A DNA stretch of 64,000 bases, taken from the NCBI GenBank assembly GCA_963785725.1, contig CAWAWS010000007.1:96001-160000 (forward strand), read 5' to 3'. Of this stretch, positions 10,065-23,442 are shown piece after piece; position 1 is the stretch's first letter, and each line of letters starts with the position of its first letter. This stretch comes from an uncultured delta proteobacterium (lineage in GTDB: Bacteria > Myxococcota_A > Polyangia > Palsa-1104). Both the position numbers and the translations under genes were made by a program. A model generated the notes under the pieces. The model was not told the origin of the DNA, made no database searches, and saw only the letters and a program-made list of their open reading frames with translations.

Positions 10065-10784
10065 CTATGGCGTGCGACGCCGCCATTCGCGCTCACCCGG
10101 TAATTCCCGGTGAATCGACCAGATGACCCAAGGTCGGCCGTCGATATCGAGCACCCATGGCTGTCCGCGATTGCGCGCGATCAGCTGGTCGAGCTCGGGC
10201 TCGAATCGTCCTTCCAACAACAGCGTATGAATCGACCTCTTTTCAGTCACTGTCGGCGCGCCCCAGGCTTTGGGCCACGAGACGATTCGTCCGCCGCCGC
10301 TCGGCTGCAGCGTCAGCTCGAGCATGTGCGCTGTCCAAGGCCGAGCGCGGGCGTTCCGATAGTGCGCGATCGATGCGAGCGCGTTCGAGAGCGGCTTCGG
10401 CAGCCGCGTCGCCGAGCCTGAATCAGCGCCATAAACAGCGACACATTTTCGCTCTCGACTCCAAACGCAGACTCGCGTCGTCGTCTGATCGGTGAGCTCG
10501 GAGAGCCGATACTCGTTCTTCAGTGTCGGCCATGCTGCGAGCGGGGTCATGATGTCGGCGCGTTCGCGATCGCTCAGCTCCACCGAGCGAAACTGACCCT
10601 GGTCATCCTGAAACAGTGCGTTGCCATTGGCGTACAGGACGAAGGTCGTCGTCTCCGCTCCGTCGTCACGAATGGAACGATCGCATTCGGTGACGACGAC
10701 TCGCGGCGACGCGTGTCGCGAATCGGCGCGCGCGACGCCCGCGAGCGCGCACAAAATGACGGGGACGTCGAGCCGGTCGATCAT
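10065..10784 (-). CDS. Hypothetical exported protein
   Basis: Signal-like N-terminus (ILCALAGVARA), plausible composition, somewhat lower GC. No family recognised. Confidence 0.6.
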   Translation of the reverse strand: MIDRLDVPVILCALAGVARADSRHASPRVVVTECDRSIRDDGAETTTFVLYANGNALFQDDQGQFRSVELSDRERADIMTPLAAWPTLKNEYRLSELTDQTTTRVCVWSRERKCVAVYGADSGSATRLPKPLSNALASIAHYRNARARPWTAHMLELTLQPSGGGRIVSWPKAWGAPTVTEKRSIHTLLLEGRFEPELDQLIARNRGQPWVLDIDGRPWVIWSIHRELPGEREWRRRTP

Positions 10785-10847
10785 CGCGGAGTCGTCGTTC
10801 GAGACGCGCTCAGTCTCGTCCGGCGATGGCGTGCGGTCTACCGATTT

Positions 10848-12197
10848 CTAAGGATTGACGAGCGGGCCGAGCGCGTCGGCGAACGTCCAGCCCTGGCTCT
10901 GGTCGATGTCGATCGTCCAATCGAAGGCGCCGCGCAGCGTCGGATACTTCGCCTGCACGGCGTTCCACGCGGTGATGGCGTCGCCGATGGCCCAGTAGTT
11001 CGGCTGATTCCAGATGCCGAAGCCGACGACGACTTTGTCGGCGCCGATGAGGCCGACCCAGGTGTCGATGTTGCCGACGAGATACGACGTCTCGGCCAAG
11101 TTGGGGCCGTCGTAATATTGCGGCGCCGCGTAGTCGAGCGCGCCCGCTTGCGCCATCGCTTGGCAGAACGTCTGGTCGACGGGATTCCACGGCGCCGGCG
11201 GCGCGGTGACGAGGAAGCCGGGATACATCGACTTGAGCTGCAGGCTGGACCAGATCATCTCGCTCGTGTCGGGGGATTGGCTGCCTTCGAAGGTGTTCCA
11301 GTCGAGGCCGTCGAAGCCGCCGAATTGCGTGTAGAGCGCGGCGATGCTGGCGACGAACGCCTGCGACTTGGCGCGCGTCGGGAAGCTCATGCCGTTGCCG
11401 GCGCCGCCGACGCTGAGGATGATCTTGCGGCCCTGCACGCTGCGCGCGTATTGCAAGTCGGCGACGAAGTTGGTGGCGGCGCCGAGGCCGTCGCCGGGCG
11501 GCGTCCAGGTGACGGCGCCGGTCGTGCCCGGCGCGCCGCCGACGGGCGTGGCCGCGAACAAGTAGACGACGTTGTAATGCGCGTCGATGTCGCGAATCCG
11601 CGGCGGCGACGGCGTCCAGTTCGGGTAGTAGCCGGCGACGATCTTGCTCGCCGGCGGCGGGGGGTTGGTGGTCCCGGTCGTCGCCGTCGGATGCCACAGC
11701 TGCGCGACGGTGCCGTTGCAGTCCCAAATCTGCACTTTGGTGCCGTTGGCCGTGCCTTGCGCGTTGATGTCGACGCACTTGCCGCTGTTGCTGTTGACGA
11801 TCGTGACCGCGCCGCCGCCGGCGTCGTCGATGCTGAACGACTGCGCGCCCGAGCCGTTGCAGTCCCACAGCTGGATCTGCGTGCCATCGGCCGTGCCGGC
11901 GCCGCTGACGTCGACGCATTTGCCGCTGTTGGGGTTCACCAACCGCGACAAGCCGCCGCCCAAGTCGTCGACGCGGAATGACTGCGCGACGGTGCCGTTG
12001 CAGTCCCATTCTTGGACGATCGTCCCGTCGCTGGTTCCGGCGGCGTTCACGTCGAGACACTTGTTGGTGCCGACGCCGGCGCCGAATTGGTAGGTCGCGG
12101 CCGTGAGCGACGACGCGACGGCGCCTTGCGACGACGGCGCGTTGGCACAGCCGGCGACGCCGGCGAGCACGAGCACGACGGTAAAGGAGTTGCGCAT
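10848..12197 (-). CDS. Lipoprotein: ricin-B/CBM13 lectin domain plus GH18 chitinase-like domain
   Basis: VAGC lipobox. Three KCxDV...WDCNG..AQ repeats. ILSVGG and FDGLDWNTFE catalytic-type motif. Confidence 0.88.
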   Translation of the reverse strand: MRNSFTVVLVLAGVAGCANAPSSQGAVASSLTAATYQFGAGVGTNKCLDVNAAGTSDGTIVQEWDCNGTVAQSFRVDDLGGGLSRLVNPNSGKCVDVSGAGTADGTQIQLWDCNGSGAQSFSIDDAGGGAVTIVNSNSGKCVDINAQGTANGTKVQIWDCNGTVAQLWHPTATTGTTNPPPPASKIVAGYYPNWTPSPPRIRDIDAHYNVVYLFAATPVGGAPGTTGAVTWTPPGDGLGAATNFVADLQYARSVQGRKIILSVGGAGNGMSFPTRAKSQAFVASIAALYTQFGGFDGLDWNTFEGSQSPDTSEMIWSSLQLKSMYPGFLVTAPPAPWNPVDQTFCQAMAQAGALDYAAPQYYDGPNLAETSYLVGNIDTWVGLIGADKVVVGFGIWNQPNYWAIGDAITAWNAVQAKYPTLRGAFDWTIDIDQSQGWTFADALGPLVNP

Positions 12198-12270
12198 GGC
12201 GGAGCCTCTCGTGTGGCTCGACGGAGCCGTGTCGGCCGCGCGTGCCGGCGGCGTGTGCGGCCGCGCAGTC

Positions 12271-12285
12271 GCATGTGTCGTGCCA
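12271..12285 (-). promoter_or_regulatory. Sigma54-type -24/-12 promoter candidate
   Basis: Minus strand TGGCACGACACATGC (GG-N10-GC), about 75 nt before the chitinase ATG. Confidence 0.6.
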
Positions 12286-12374
12286 GCGCAGCGGCGCGCG
12301 ATTGCCGCGGCTTAGGCGGCGATTGCCGTCGCTGATTGTCTCAGCCGCGAGGCAATCGGGGCGCGCGCTCTCAC

Positions 12375-15239
<2,865 letters not shown>

Positions 15240-15327
15240 CGCCACGCAAGAAGTAGCACATCGGATCGGCGGGGCCAGCGCCGTCAGCGTCATTGTGTCG
15301 TGGCGATCGGTCTCCTAAGATGCGGCG

Positions 15328-16536
15328 ATGTCCGGCCGCGCCTCGGTGCACATCGGTCCGCTTCGGCTGCGCTGTCCGCCGGGCTATACGCTGTCGTCGC
15401 TGCGGACCTCCGACGATCCGCTGCTGGACGCGCTCTTGCGCAGCTCGCCCGAGCACACGATCTATCACGAGCGACCGTTCATCGAGCTGCAGGCGCGCGA
15501 AGGCAACGTCGACCTCATCGTCGTCTGCAAAGACGGCCACTTCGTCTTCGCCATGCCCGTCTTCGTCGAGACGATCGGCTGCTTCAACACCAGCTTCAGC
15601 GGCATCCTCTTTCCCGCCTCGCCCAAGACGCTGAAGCGCGCGGTGCAGGCCGTGTTCGAGCTGCTCGCCGCCAACCCGCACGTGCGCCGCTTCGAGGTCG
15701 TGCAGACGATCTTGAGCGCCGGCGCCCGCGATCCGGCGCGACGCGTGCTCATCGACTGCCTCTTGGCCGAGCACGCGCCGCCGCAGTCGGTCGCCGATCT
15801 CTTCACGCGCGTGCGCACGCTCGAGCCGCCGGCGCAGCCGCTGCCACGCGTCGATCAATCGGGGACGCTGCGGCCGGCCGAGCTCGACGGCGAGCTCTTG
15901 CGTTCGTACGAGCCCGACCTGCGCAATCAGATCCGCCAGGCCGAGCGCAACGGCCTGACGCTCGACTTCCACATCCTCACCAGCGACGACGCGGCGCGCA
16001 TCGAGGCGGCCTATCGCGACTTCGCGCCCATGCACGCCGAGAGCTGGCGGCGCACGGGCGCAAACCCGCACACGCTGCAGTATTGGCGGGGCCTGTCGCG
16101 CGCGGTCACGGCGGTCGGTGGCGTCGACGTCGTCGTCATCGCCCGCGACGGCGGCGACATCGTCGCCGGCGTAACCTGTCACGTCCTCGGCGACGCCGCG
16201 ATCTACATGAGCGGCGGCAGCCTGCCGCCCGGCCTCAAGAAGCGCGGCAATCCGCTCAGCTTGCACGCCGCGATCTCGCTCTGTCGTCGCCTCGGCGTCC
16301 GCTGGTTCGAGATCGGCCGCTTCGAGCCGCACGAGAGCGACAAGCTCAAAGCGATCACCCACTACAAGTCGCAGTTCGGCGGCAGCTTGTATCGCGTGGC
16401 CAACCTGCGCGTCGCGCGCAGCGAGTGGCGCCCGGTGCTGCTCGACGAGGCGTGGCGTTTTCGCTATCGCATGCCGGCGCACTATCCGCGGCTGTGGTCG
16501 ATCGTGAGCGCGCTCTTGCCGCCGCCGCAGCAATAG
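15328..16536 (+). CDS. GNAT-fold / FemAB-like acyltransferase domain protein
   Basis: LRNQIRQAERNGL, AIYMSGGS, ITHYKSQFGG are typical of the FemAB/GNAT_6 C-terminal lobe. Confidence 0.75.
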   Translation: MSGRASVHIGPLRLRCPPGYTLSSLRTSDDPLLDALLRSSPEHTIYHERPFIELQAREGNVDLIVVCKDGHFVFAMPVFVETIGCFNTSFSGILFPASPKTLKRAVQAVFELLAANPHVRRFEVVQTILSAGARDPARRVLIDCLLAEHAPPQSVADLFTRVRTLEPPAQPLPRVDQSGTLRPAELDGELLRSYEPDLRNQIRQAERNGLTLDFHILTSDDAARIEAAYRDFAPMHAESWRRTGANPHTLQYWRGLSRAVTAVGGVDVVVIARDGGDIVAGVTCHVLGDAAIYMSGGSLPPGLKKRGNPLSLHAAISLCRRLGVRWFEIGRFEPHESDKLKAITHYKSQFGGSLYRVANLRVARSEWRPVLLDEAWRFRYRMPAHYPRLWSIVSALLPPPQQ

Positions 16537-16565
16537 TCGCCGCCGCGCATGTTACGGTCGCGCCG

Positions 16566-17528
16566 ATGAGCATTCGCGTGCACGTCTACGATGACGCCGG
16601 CTACTCCGTTCGCGACGGCAGCGCCGAGGTGCCGGCGCTGCTCGCCACCGGCGCGCGCTTGTGGATCGAGGCCGCCGATCGCGATCCCGGCCTGGCCGAG
16701 TTCCTCGAGCGCGACCTCGGGCTGCATCCGCTGACGGTCGAGGATCTGCTGCAAGATCGACCGGCGCCCAAGATCGAGGACTACGGCCAGTCGCTCTACG
16801 TCGTCGCGCACGGTCTCGTCGTGCAGCCGGAGGGCCAGCTGGCGACGGTCGAGATCGACCTCGTCTGGAGCGCGCAGTGGATCTTGACCCATCGCTGCGG
16901 GCCGGTCGCCATCATCGACGCCGTCGCCGCCGACCTGTCGCGCAACGCGCAGGCGCTGCAGCGCGGGCCGGCGTTCGTGGCGCACGCCGTGCTCGATCGG
17001 CTCGTCGACTCGTACCTGCCGGTCGTCGACGATTGGGACGATCAGGTCGAGGCCATCGAGACGGCGGTCGTCAACGATCCGTCGCCGAAGGTCTTGCAGC
17101 AGATCTTTCACTTGAAGCGCGCGCTGCAGCAGCTGCGTCGTTCGGGGCTGCATCAGCGCGAGGTCCTGTACCGCTTGTCGCGCGGCGAGTTCGCGCTCGT
17201 CTCGGGCGACGCGCTGCCGTTCTATCGCGACGTCTACGATCACTTCCTGCGCGTGACCGATCTCGGCGACGGCTATCGCGAGCTGCTCTCGAGCGCGCTC
17301 GACGCCTATTTGTCGGTGGTGTCGAATCGCATGAACGAGGTGATGAAGACGTTGACGCTGGTGTCGACGGTTCTCCTGCCGATGACGTTCGTGGCCGGCG
17401 TCTACGGCATGAACTTCGACCACATGCCCGAGCTGCACTGGAAATTTGGTTACCTGGTGGCGTGGTCGGTCATGCTGACGATCGGCGGCGGGATGGTCTG
17501 GTGGTTCAAGACCCGCAAGTGGCTGTGA
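16566..17528 (+). CDS. corA: Magnesium/cobalt transporter CorA
   Basis: LHPLTVED, NEVMKTLT, PMTFVAGVYGMNF.HMPEL.W signature, two C-terminal TMs. Confidence 0.95.
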   Translation: MSIRVHVYDDAGYSVRDGSAEVPALLATGARLWIEAADRDPGLAEFLERDLGLHPLTVEDLLQDRPAPKIEDYGQSLYVVAHGLVVQPEGQLATVEIDLVWSAQWILTHRCGPVAIIDAVAADLSRNAQALQRGPAFVAHAVLDRLVDSYLPVVDDWDDQVEAIETAVVNDPSPKVLQQIFHLKRALQQLRRSGLHQREVLYRLSRGEFALVSGDALPFYRDVYDHFLRVTDLGDGYRELLSSALDAYLSVVSNRMNEVMKTLTLVSTVLLPMTFVAGVYGMNFDHMPELHWKFGYLVAWSVMLTIGGGMVWWFKTRKWL

Positions 17529-17592
17529 CGCTCTTTAGCGCACTAATCCGCGCCATCCGACTCGACGCTGCTCGGTAAACGCGTCCGTCGTG

Positions 17593-18729
17593 TCAAGGAG
17601 CGGTCTTCACCCATTTTAGAGATACTCTCGTCTCTACGCGCTCCTTCCATGGGTATTGCACGCTGACCGGTTCAGGCCGGCTCTTTTCGAACAGCATTGA
17701 GAGATCGAAGTGGACGCCAATCGCGTCAGGGCGCGAAGCGGCGTAGCCGGCGCGGCACAGCCAGCGCGAGATCGATGCCGGCGGTGTTGCCTGCGCCACC
17801 CGCTCCGCGACCAGGCGCAGTGCATAACGATCGAACGCGCGGCGTCCGGACGGCATCACCACCCGCGTGCGCGTCACGTTGCCCGCGCCGTCGACGGTAA
17901 TTTCGAGCTCGACCTCGAGCCAGCTGGCGGGATCGCCGGTCGCCGCCATGACCGCCTCCTGCTGTGACAGCGGCAGCGAGCGCAGGTTGAGTCCCTCGGG
18001 CGCGCCGGTGAAACCCTGTTGGGAGGCCGCCGTCGGGGTGTCGGCGCTGAAGCGGAGGCCGTGACTGTCGGGATCGACAGGATGGCGCAGCCGATCCTCG
18101 CCACCCTGGATCACGGCCGCCTGCTGCTTGAGGTATGTGTCGAGGCGATCGAGCGCGCGCGCCACCTTTCCCGCCGCCGCCTCGTGCACGACGTCGAGGG
18201 GCGGATGGAAGCTCTGCAGCAACTCGCGCTCGACCTCGCGCCACACGGGATCGACCTGGCCGGCGCGCGTGCGCGCCGTAGCGGCGGAATCGTCGAGCCA
18301 ACCGCCCGGCGTCTCGCGACCGCGGTCACGCCCTGGCTCGTCGTTCGGGTGCGGCGCCGCGAGCCTCTCGAGAAGCTCGTGCGGAAACAGCTGCGCCGGT
18401 CCGCGCGTGCCCGCCACCGGCGCCGCGCGTGTAGGCTCGACCACAATCGACGGTGGCGACATCGTTGCCACCGTTTGGCGCGTGAGCGGGGTGGTGCGAT
18501 GGCGCGTAACCGCCGGGCGCGGCGCAACCTCGTCGGCTGGCCGCTGCATCCGCGCATCGGCTGCATGCCGCGTCGGCTGCGGCACGTGCACCGGTCGCGT
18601 CCACTCGATCTCGATAGCGCGCAATGACAGCGCCGTCACCGTCGCTGGCGGCGGCACCAGCCCCAGCAACGCCGCGGCGAGCGCATGCAGCGCGAGCGCC
18701 GCGAAGAACGCCCGCGTCCGACGCCCCAC
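17593..18729 (-). CDS. Membrane-anchored protein with TonB/TolA C-terminal-like domain
   Basis: N-terminal TM with ALHA, Pro-rich spacer, and EITVDGAGNV...PSGRRAFDRYAL. Confidence 0.6.
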   Translation of the reverse strand: MGRRTRAFFAALALHALAAALLGLVPPPATVTALSLRAIEIEWTRPVHVPQPTRHAADARMQRPADEVAPRPAVTRHRTTPLTRQTVATMSPPSIVVEPTRAAPVAGTRGPAQLFPHELLERLAAPHPNDEPGRDRGRETPGGWLDDSAATARTRAGQVDPVWREVERELLQSFHPPLDVVHEAAAGKVARALDRLDTYLKQQAAVIQGGEDRLRHPVDPDSHGLRFSADTPTAASQQGFTGAPEGLNLRSLPLSQQEAVMAATGDPASWLEVELEITVDGAGNVTRTRVVMPSGRRAFDRYALRLVAERVAQATPPASISRWLCRAGYAASRPDAIGVHFDLSMLFEKSRPEPVSVQYPWKERVETRVSLKWVKTAP

Positions 18730-18911
18730 GGCTCGTCAGACGCGCGCAGGTGTCACACGGTTGTCTGCTCAATCGTTGGTGGCTATCGCGGAGGGATTGG
18801 ATTTTCTAAGCGGAGCGATTGGTTCGTCCAATGGCTCGACGGGTGTGGCGGATTGTCGCGCGTGATTCCGCAGATGTTTTACGCGAGCCCTGAAATCCGC
18901 GGGGTGTCGAC

Positions 18912-20447
18912 CTACAGCGACTTCAAGAACGCTTCCAAGTCGCGCTTTTCCTGCGCCGTGAAGCCGATGTCGAAGCGCGTGTCGTAGAAGTCGACCACGT
19001 CGCTGACGCCGGCGGCCGAGCCGTTGTGGAAGTAGGGCGCGCGACCGGCGATGCCGCGCAAGATCGGCCCCTTGAACTTGCCGACGTCCGCCCAGTGGCC
19101 GGTGATGAGCGCGCGGCCCGGGTCGGTCGTCTGCACGGTGACGCCGGTGGTCTTGTTGCGCAAGGTGTAGAGCGGCATGTCGGACGTGCGGCGCGACGCG
19201 TCGGCGATGCCGATGTTGAGCGGCAGCGCGACCGAGTGGTGACCGTAGTTGGGCGAGTCGTGGCAGGTCGTGCAGGTGCCGGCGATGGTCGACTTGCCGA
19301 GCGCGTCGTTCAAGCCGCCGACGCCGGTGATGGCGATGGGCTTGGTGTTGAACAGCGCTTCACCGCGGGCGATGCTGGCGCGCGCCTCGGCTTCGTTGCG
19401 GCTGTCGCAGCCATTGCCGTGCTGGCCGTAGCTCTTGTCGGCGTTGTTCCACGCCTGGTAAATGTCGAACACCGTCGACGAGAAGAGCGCGCCCGTCTTG
19501 GAGTCGCCGGCGAGCACGTCGTTGATGCCGAGATAGAACGTCTGCGTCGCCAGCGCCGCCGGGCCGCCGTTGGCGCCGCCGACGTCGAGGCTGCCGGCAT
19601 TCTCGTCGCTGAGCTGCGCCGTGTGCAAGCTGGTCTCGAAGGCGACGATGGCCGCGCGATCCGCCGTGCTCAACGCCTGCAGCGCCTGCGCGTGCATCAC
19701 CGTCGCGTCGTTGGCCTGCGTGTTCAGGTCGAGCGCGATGGCCTGGCCGGCGACGTTCTCGCGACCGTCCCACATCACCGTCGACAGCGTCGTCGCGCCC
19801 GCGCCCGTGCCCAGGTTCGTCGTCGGCAGCGGGCGGCGAAACAGCGAGAGCTCGGCGGCGCTGGCGTAATGATACGGATCGTCGACCGACTCGAGCGTGA
19901 ACTCCGCCGTCGCCGGGATCGCGAGGCCGATGCGAATGACCGCGCGATCGAGCAGCATGCTGTACGCCTTCAACCGCTTCGCCGTCGTCGACACGTCGGC
20001 GTTGGGCGAGTTGGCGCCGTCGACGAGCCGGAACAGCGGATCTTGCCCGAACTTCTTGTCGTCATGCTCCGCCTTGCACTTATAAGGATCGCGCAAGCAG
20101 TCGAGGTTGTCCGTCTGCAGCGGGTTGGTGAAGCGCAGCTGCACGACCTCGGGCGTAATCGTCCAGCCCGCCGCCGGCACGTGGCAGTGAATGCAGGCGC
20201 GATCGTTGGTCCCGAATGACTTGAAGAACGGGTGCTGGCTCGGCTGCTTCAGCGCCGTCACCGCGCTGCCCTGCGCGATGGTCTCGAGCGTGCCCGAATC
20301 GTCGCGCGACGCGAGGCTCAGGCTCGTCGACGTCGCCGGCACGCTGTTCGTCGCCAAGGCCTCGACGGTGGCGCCTTCATCCGGCGTCCCGACGCAACCG
20401 ACGACCGACAGAGCCAAGCAGACCAGAACCGCGCGACGTGAGCCCAT
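18912..20447 (-). CDS. Diheme cytochrome c lipoprotein, bCcP/MauG superfamily
   Basis: Two heme motifs CIHCH and [32 protein letters not shown] lipobox. Confidence 0.85.
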   Translation of the reverse strand: MGSRRAVLVCLALSVVGCVGTPDEGATVEALATNSVPATSTSLSLASRDDSGTLETIAQGSAVTALKQPSQHPFFKSFGTNDRACIHCHVPAAGWTITPEVVQLRFTNPLQTDNLDCLRDPYKCKAEHDDKKFGQDPLFRLVDGANSPNADVSTTAKRLKAYSMLLDRAVIRIGLAIPATAEFTLESVDDPYHYASAAELSLFRRPLPTTNLGTGAGATTLSTVMWDGRENVAGQAIALDLNTQANDATVMHAQALQALSTADRAAIVAFETSLHTAQLSDENAGSLDVGGANGGPAALATQTFYLGINDVLAGDSKTGALFSSTVFDIYQAWNNADKSYGQHGNGCDSRNEAEARASIARGEALFNTKPIAITGVGGLNDALGKSTIAGTCTTCHDSPNYGHHSVALPLNIGIADASRRTSDMPLYTLRNKTTGVTVQTTDPGRALITGHWADVGKFKGPILRGIAGRAPYFHNGSAAGVSDVVDFYDTRFDIGFTAQEKRDLEAFLKSL

Positions 20448-20495
20448 TGTACTTGTCCTCCCGCGGCATCTCGTCGCCGCGTGCAGAGGCCTATT

Positions 20496-20510
20496 ACAGG
20501 TGTCGTGCCG
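20496..20510 (-). promoter_or_regulatory. Imperfect sigma54-like promoter
   Basis: Minus strand CGGCACGACACCTGT. Same GGCACGACAC core as 12271 and 48680, but GT instead of GC at -12. Confidence 0.35.
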
Positions 20511-20917
20511 AAGGCGATTCTGTGGGTTTACGTGGCCAGCCGGCGCTCATCGACTCCACTGAATTCCGATCGCCGATAACCGCCTCCATTGCAGCATCGC
20601 GCAATCGCACGCCAATCACCGAAATGCCTGCGCCCTGGGTTTATTCGTCCCCACCATTCCGGATTCCGGGGAATGCGCGCTCGGAAGCGGTACCGTGCCG
20701 TACCAATCGATATCGGCGTGCTGGCGCAGCGACGGGCGCGTCGTTATTCGTACGAGCGATTGCCGGTGAAATTAGAAGCGCTGATATCGGTTATGCGCGA
20801 TATCCGCGATTAAAATGATATTCGCGTCGATATCGATTCGATTGATTGCGATATAAGGTGTAATCGATATCGTATGGCTGCGAATCAATATGCGATTGAT
20901 TGCGCGCTGGCTGACGC

Positions 20918-21409
20918 TCACGAACCCGCGAGCACGCCGCGGATGAACGGCCCTTTGGCGTCGGCGTAGGCGTTGCCGTCCGTGAAGCGCGGCGCCAGCG
21001 CGCGCTTGAGCCGCTCGTACTCGGCCGCGAGCGCGCGGTCGGCGCGCAGCCGGTCGCGGAACGCCAGGTGGTGGCGCTCCCAATCGCTGCCGGCCAGGCA
21101 CAGATGAAGATGCGCGAGCCGCTTGCCGTCGGGCGCTTGCAGGCGGAAGAGCCGATGTGCCGGCTCGTCGTCGGGCCGATATTCGTAGCCGAGCTGCGCG
21201 AGCGGCAGGCGATAGCGCGACTCGGGCTCGAAGGAGGCCACCGACAGCTGCAGATCGATGATGTCTTTGGCCGCCAGCTCGGGCACCGACGTCGAGCCGA
21301 TGTGCTCGAGTCGCACGATGGTCGCGCCCAGCGCGGCCACGAGGCGCGCCGACTCGCGCGCAAACCGCGCCGGCCACTCGCAATCATAAGCGACGATCTC
21401 GATGTGCAT
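20918..21409 (-). CDS. GrpB / UPF0157 nucleotidyltransferase-fold protein
   Basis: EHIGSTSVP.LAAKDIID, HLAFRDRLR, YERLK, YADAK. Confidence 0.92.
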   Translation of the reverse strand: MHIEIVAYDCEWPARFARESARLVAALGATIVRLEHIGSTSVPELAAKDIIDLQLSVASFEPESRYRLPLAQLGYEYRPDDEPAHRLFRLQAPDGKRLAHLHLCLAGSDWERHHLAFRDRLRADRALAAEYERLKRALAPRFTDGNAYADAKGPFIRGVLAGS

Positions 21410-21475
21410 GGCGCGAGAGCTTACTGCGCCGCGCGGTTGGGCCACGCGATCGCGATCACGCGGGCCGGCGAGGCG

Positions 21476-21830
21476 TCAGGCGACCGAAGACTTCAGGCAG
21501 TCGCCGATGCTGAGCTCGACGTCGCTGCGCAAGAGGTTGGCCAGGCTCTCCAGCTCCGCGGACGAGATGCCGAGATGCTCGTGCAGCCGGCCGCGCACCG
21601 CTTCCTGCAGCTGCTCGAGGCAGACGCCGATGCGACGATAGATCGTCGAGCGGTTGACCTTGAAGAGCTTGCCCAGCTCCTCGAGGTTGAGGCCGTCGAC
21701 GAAGTGCAGCTTCAACATGAGGCGCTGCTCGCTCGCCAGCTTGCGCATGGCGCCGCTCAGCGCGTCCTGCAACAGCGGCCGATAGCGGTTGCGCAGGAGC
21801 TGCAGCTCGGGGCTGGCCGCCGTCGCCGCC
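21476..21830 (-). pseudogene. 3' half of a Myxococcales-type ECF sigma-70 factor (region 4 plus C-terminal extension); region 2 missing
   Basis: SPELQLLRNRYR...LKLHFVDGLNLEELGKLFKVNRSTIYRR...LESLANLLRSDVELSI. The upstream sequence is the antisense of the next gene. Confidence 0.75.
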
Positions 21831-21834
21831 GGCC

Positions 21835-23442
21835 GAGTGCGCCGCGTCGGCGTCGCGCCGGGCGCGCTGCAGATCGATCGCCTGGAATCCAACGCGGCGC
21901 GCGCAGCTCGAGGCCGTCCTCACGCAAGGCGGCCAACCTTACGCCGGCAGCATCGCCGCCACCGTCGCCAACCTGCTCGACGACTACGCGGCGCGCTGGT
22001 CGGCCATGCGCCGCGACGCCTGCGAGGAGACCGAAGTGCGCCACGCGCAGCCGGAGTCGGTGCTGGCGCTGCGCAACGCCTGCCTCGACCAGCGGCAACA
22101 GGCGGCGGAGGCGACGATCGCTTACTTGGCGACGGCCGATGCCAAGCTCATGGCGCAGGCGCCGCAAGTGGTGTCGTCGCTGGCCACGCTGCACGAGTGC
22201 GGCGACACGCAGGCGCTGTTGGCGCGGCTACCGCCGCCCAAGGATCAGGCGCAGGCCGAGCACGTCCGCGCGTTGCGCGCGCGCATCGACAAAGTCGCGG
22301 TCATGCAGAACGCCAGCCACACCAGCGAGACGCTGCCGATCATCGAGCCCATTCTGAAGGAGGCGCGCGCCATCGGCTACGCGCCCACCATCGCCGTCGC
22401 CAGCTATCGGCTCGGCTTCGCCTACGTCGCGGTCGGCAAGTACAAAGAGGCCGAAGCGATGCTGCAGGAGTCGGCCGAGTGGGCCGAGCGCGGCCACGAC
22501 GACGAGACGGCCGAGCGCGCCTGGCTCTCCTTGTGCGAGCTCGTCGGCGTGCGCCAGCATCGCGCGCAGGACGGCGAGGTCTGGCGGCGCTACGCGGCGG
22601 CGGCCGAGGAGCGGCGCGGCTCGCCCGACGACGACACCACCGGCCCGCTGCTCGTCTGCGAGCAGGATCTGACGCAGATCGAAGGCAAGCTCGACGAGGC
22701 GCTCGGCTACGCGCGGCGCAACGCGGCCGTCCGCACCGGTCTGCACAACGAGCTCGAAGCGGCCGAGGCCGACGACAACATCGCCATCATCCTGTCGCTG
22801 CAAGGACGCGTCGCCGAGACCGATGCCGTCTTCGCGCGCGTCCTCGCCGTGCACGAGAAGCTGCTCGGGCGCGACCATCCGTCGACGACGACGTCGCGCG
22901 AGAACGCCAGCTTTGCGCTCTTGATGCAGCATCGCTTCGCCGACGTGCTGCCGCTCTTGCAACAGGGGCTACGCGAGCGGCTGGCCAGCTTCGGCGAGAA
23001 GGACGGCGACACGGCGCAGGCCGAGGCCAGCTTGGGCCAGGCGCTGGGCGGGCTCGGTCGCGTCGCCGAGGCCGAGGCGATGAACACGCGCGCGCTCGCC
23101 AACTACACGGCGCTGACGGGATTGGACAGCCCCGACCTCATCGATCCGCTGACCTTCGCCGGCCGCTACGCCTTGCAGCGCGGCGCGGCGACCGAGGCGC
23201 TGACGTCGCTGGAGCGGGCGCTCGTGCTGGCGAAGAAGGCGGCCGGGACCGCGCTCGACTCGGCGGAGATCAACCTCTTGTTGGCGCAGGCGCTGCACAA
23301 GGCGCATCGCGACGAGCCGCGCGCCCGCCAGCTCGCGACGGCCGCGCGCGACGCCTGGACCGAGGCCGTGCACAAATATGGCGGCGTGAACATCTACGCG
23401 CAGCGGGCCCAAGCCGCGCAGGACTGGCTCGACGGTCGCTAA
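21835..23442 (+). pseudogene. 3' part of a myxobacterial Ser/Thr kinase-TPR receptor (extracellular helical and TPR domains); kinase and TM missing
   Basis: In-frame WNPTRRAQL...LDDYAARWSAMRRDACEET...LALRNACLDQR, then TPR-like repeats (LLGRDHP, DSPDL). No kinase motifs or start codon upstream. Confidence 0.75.
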
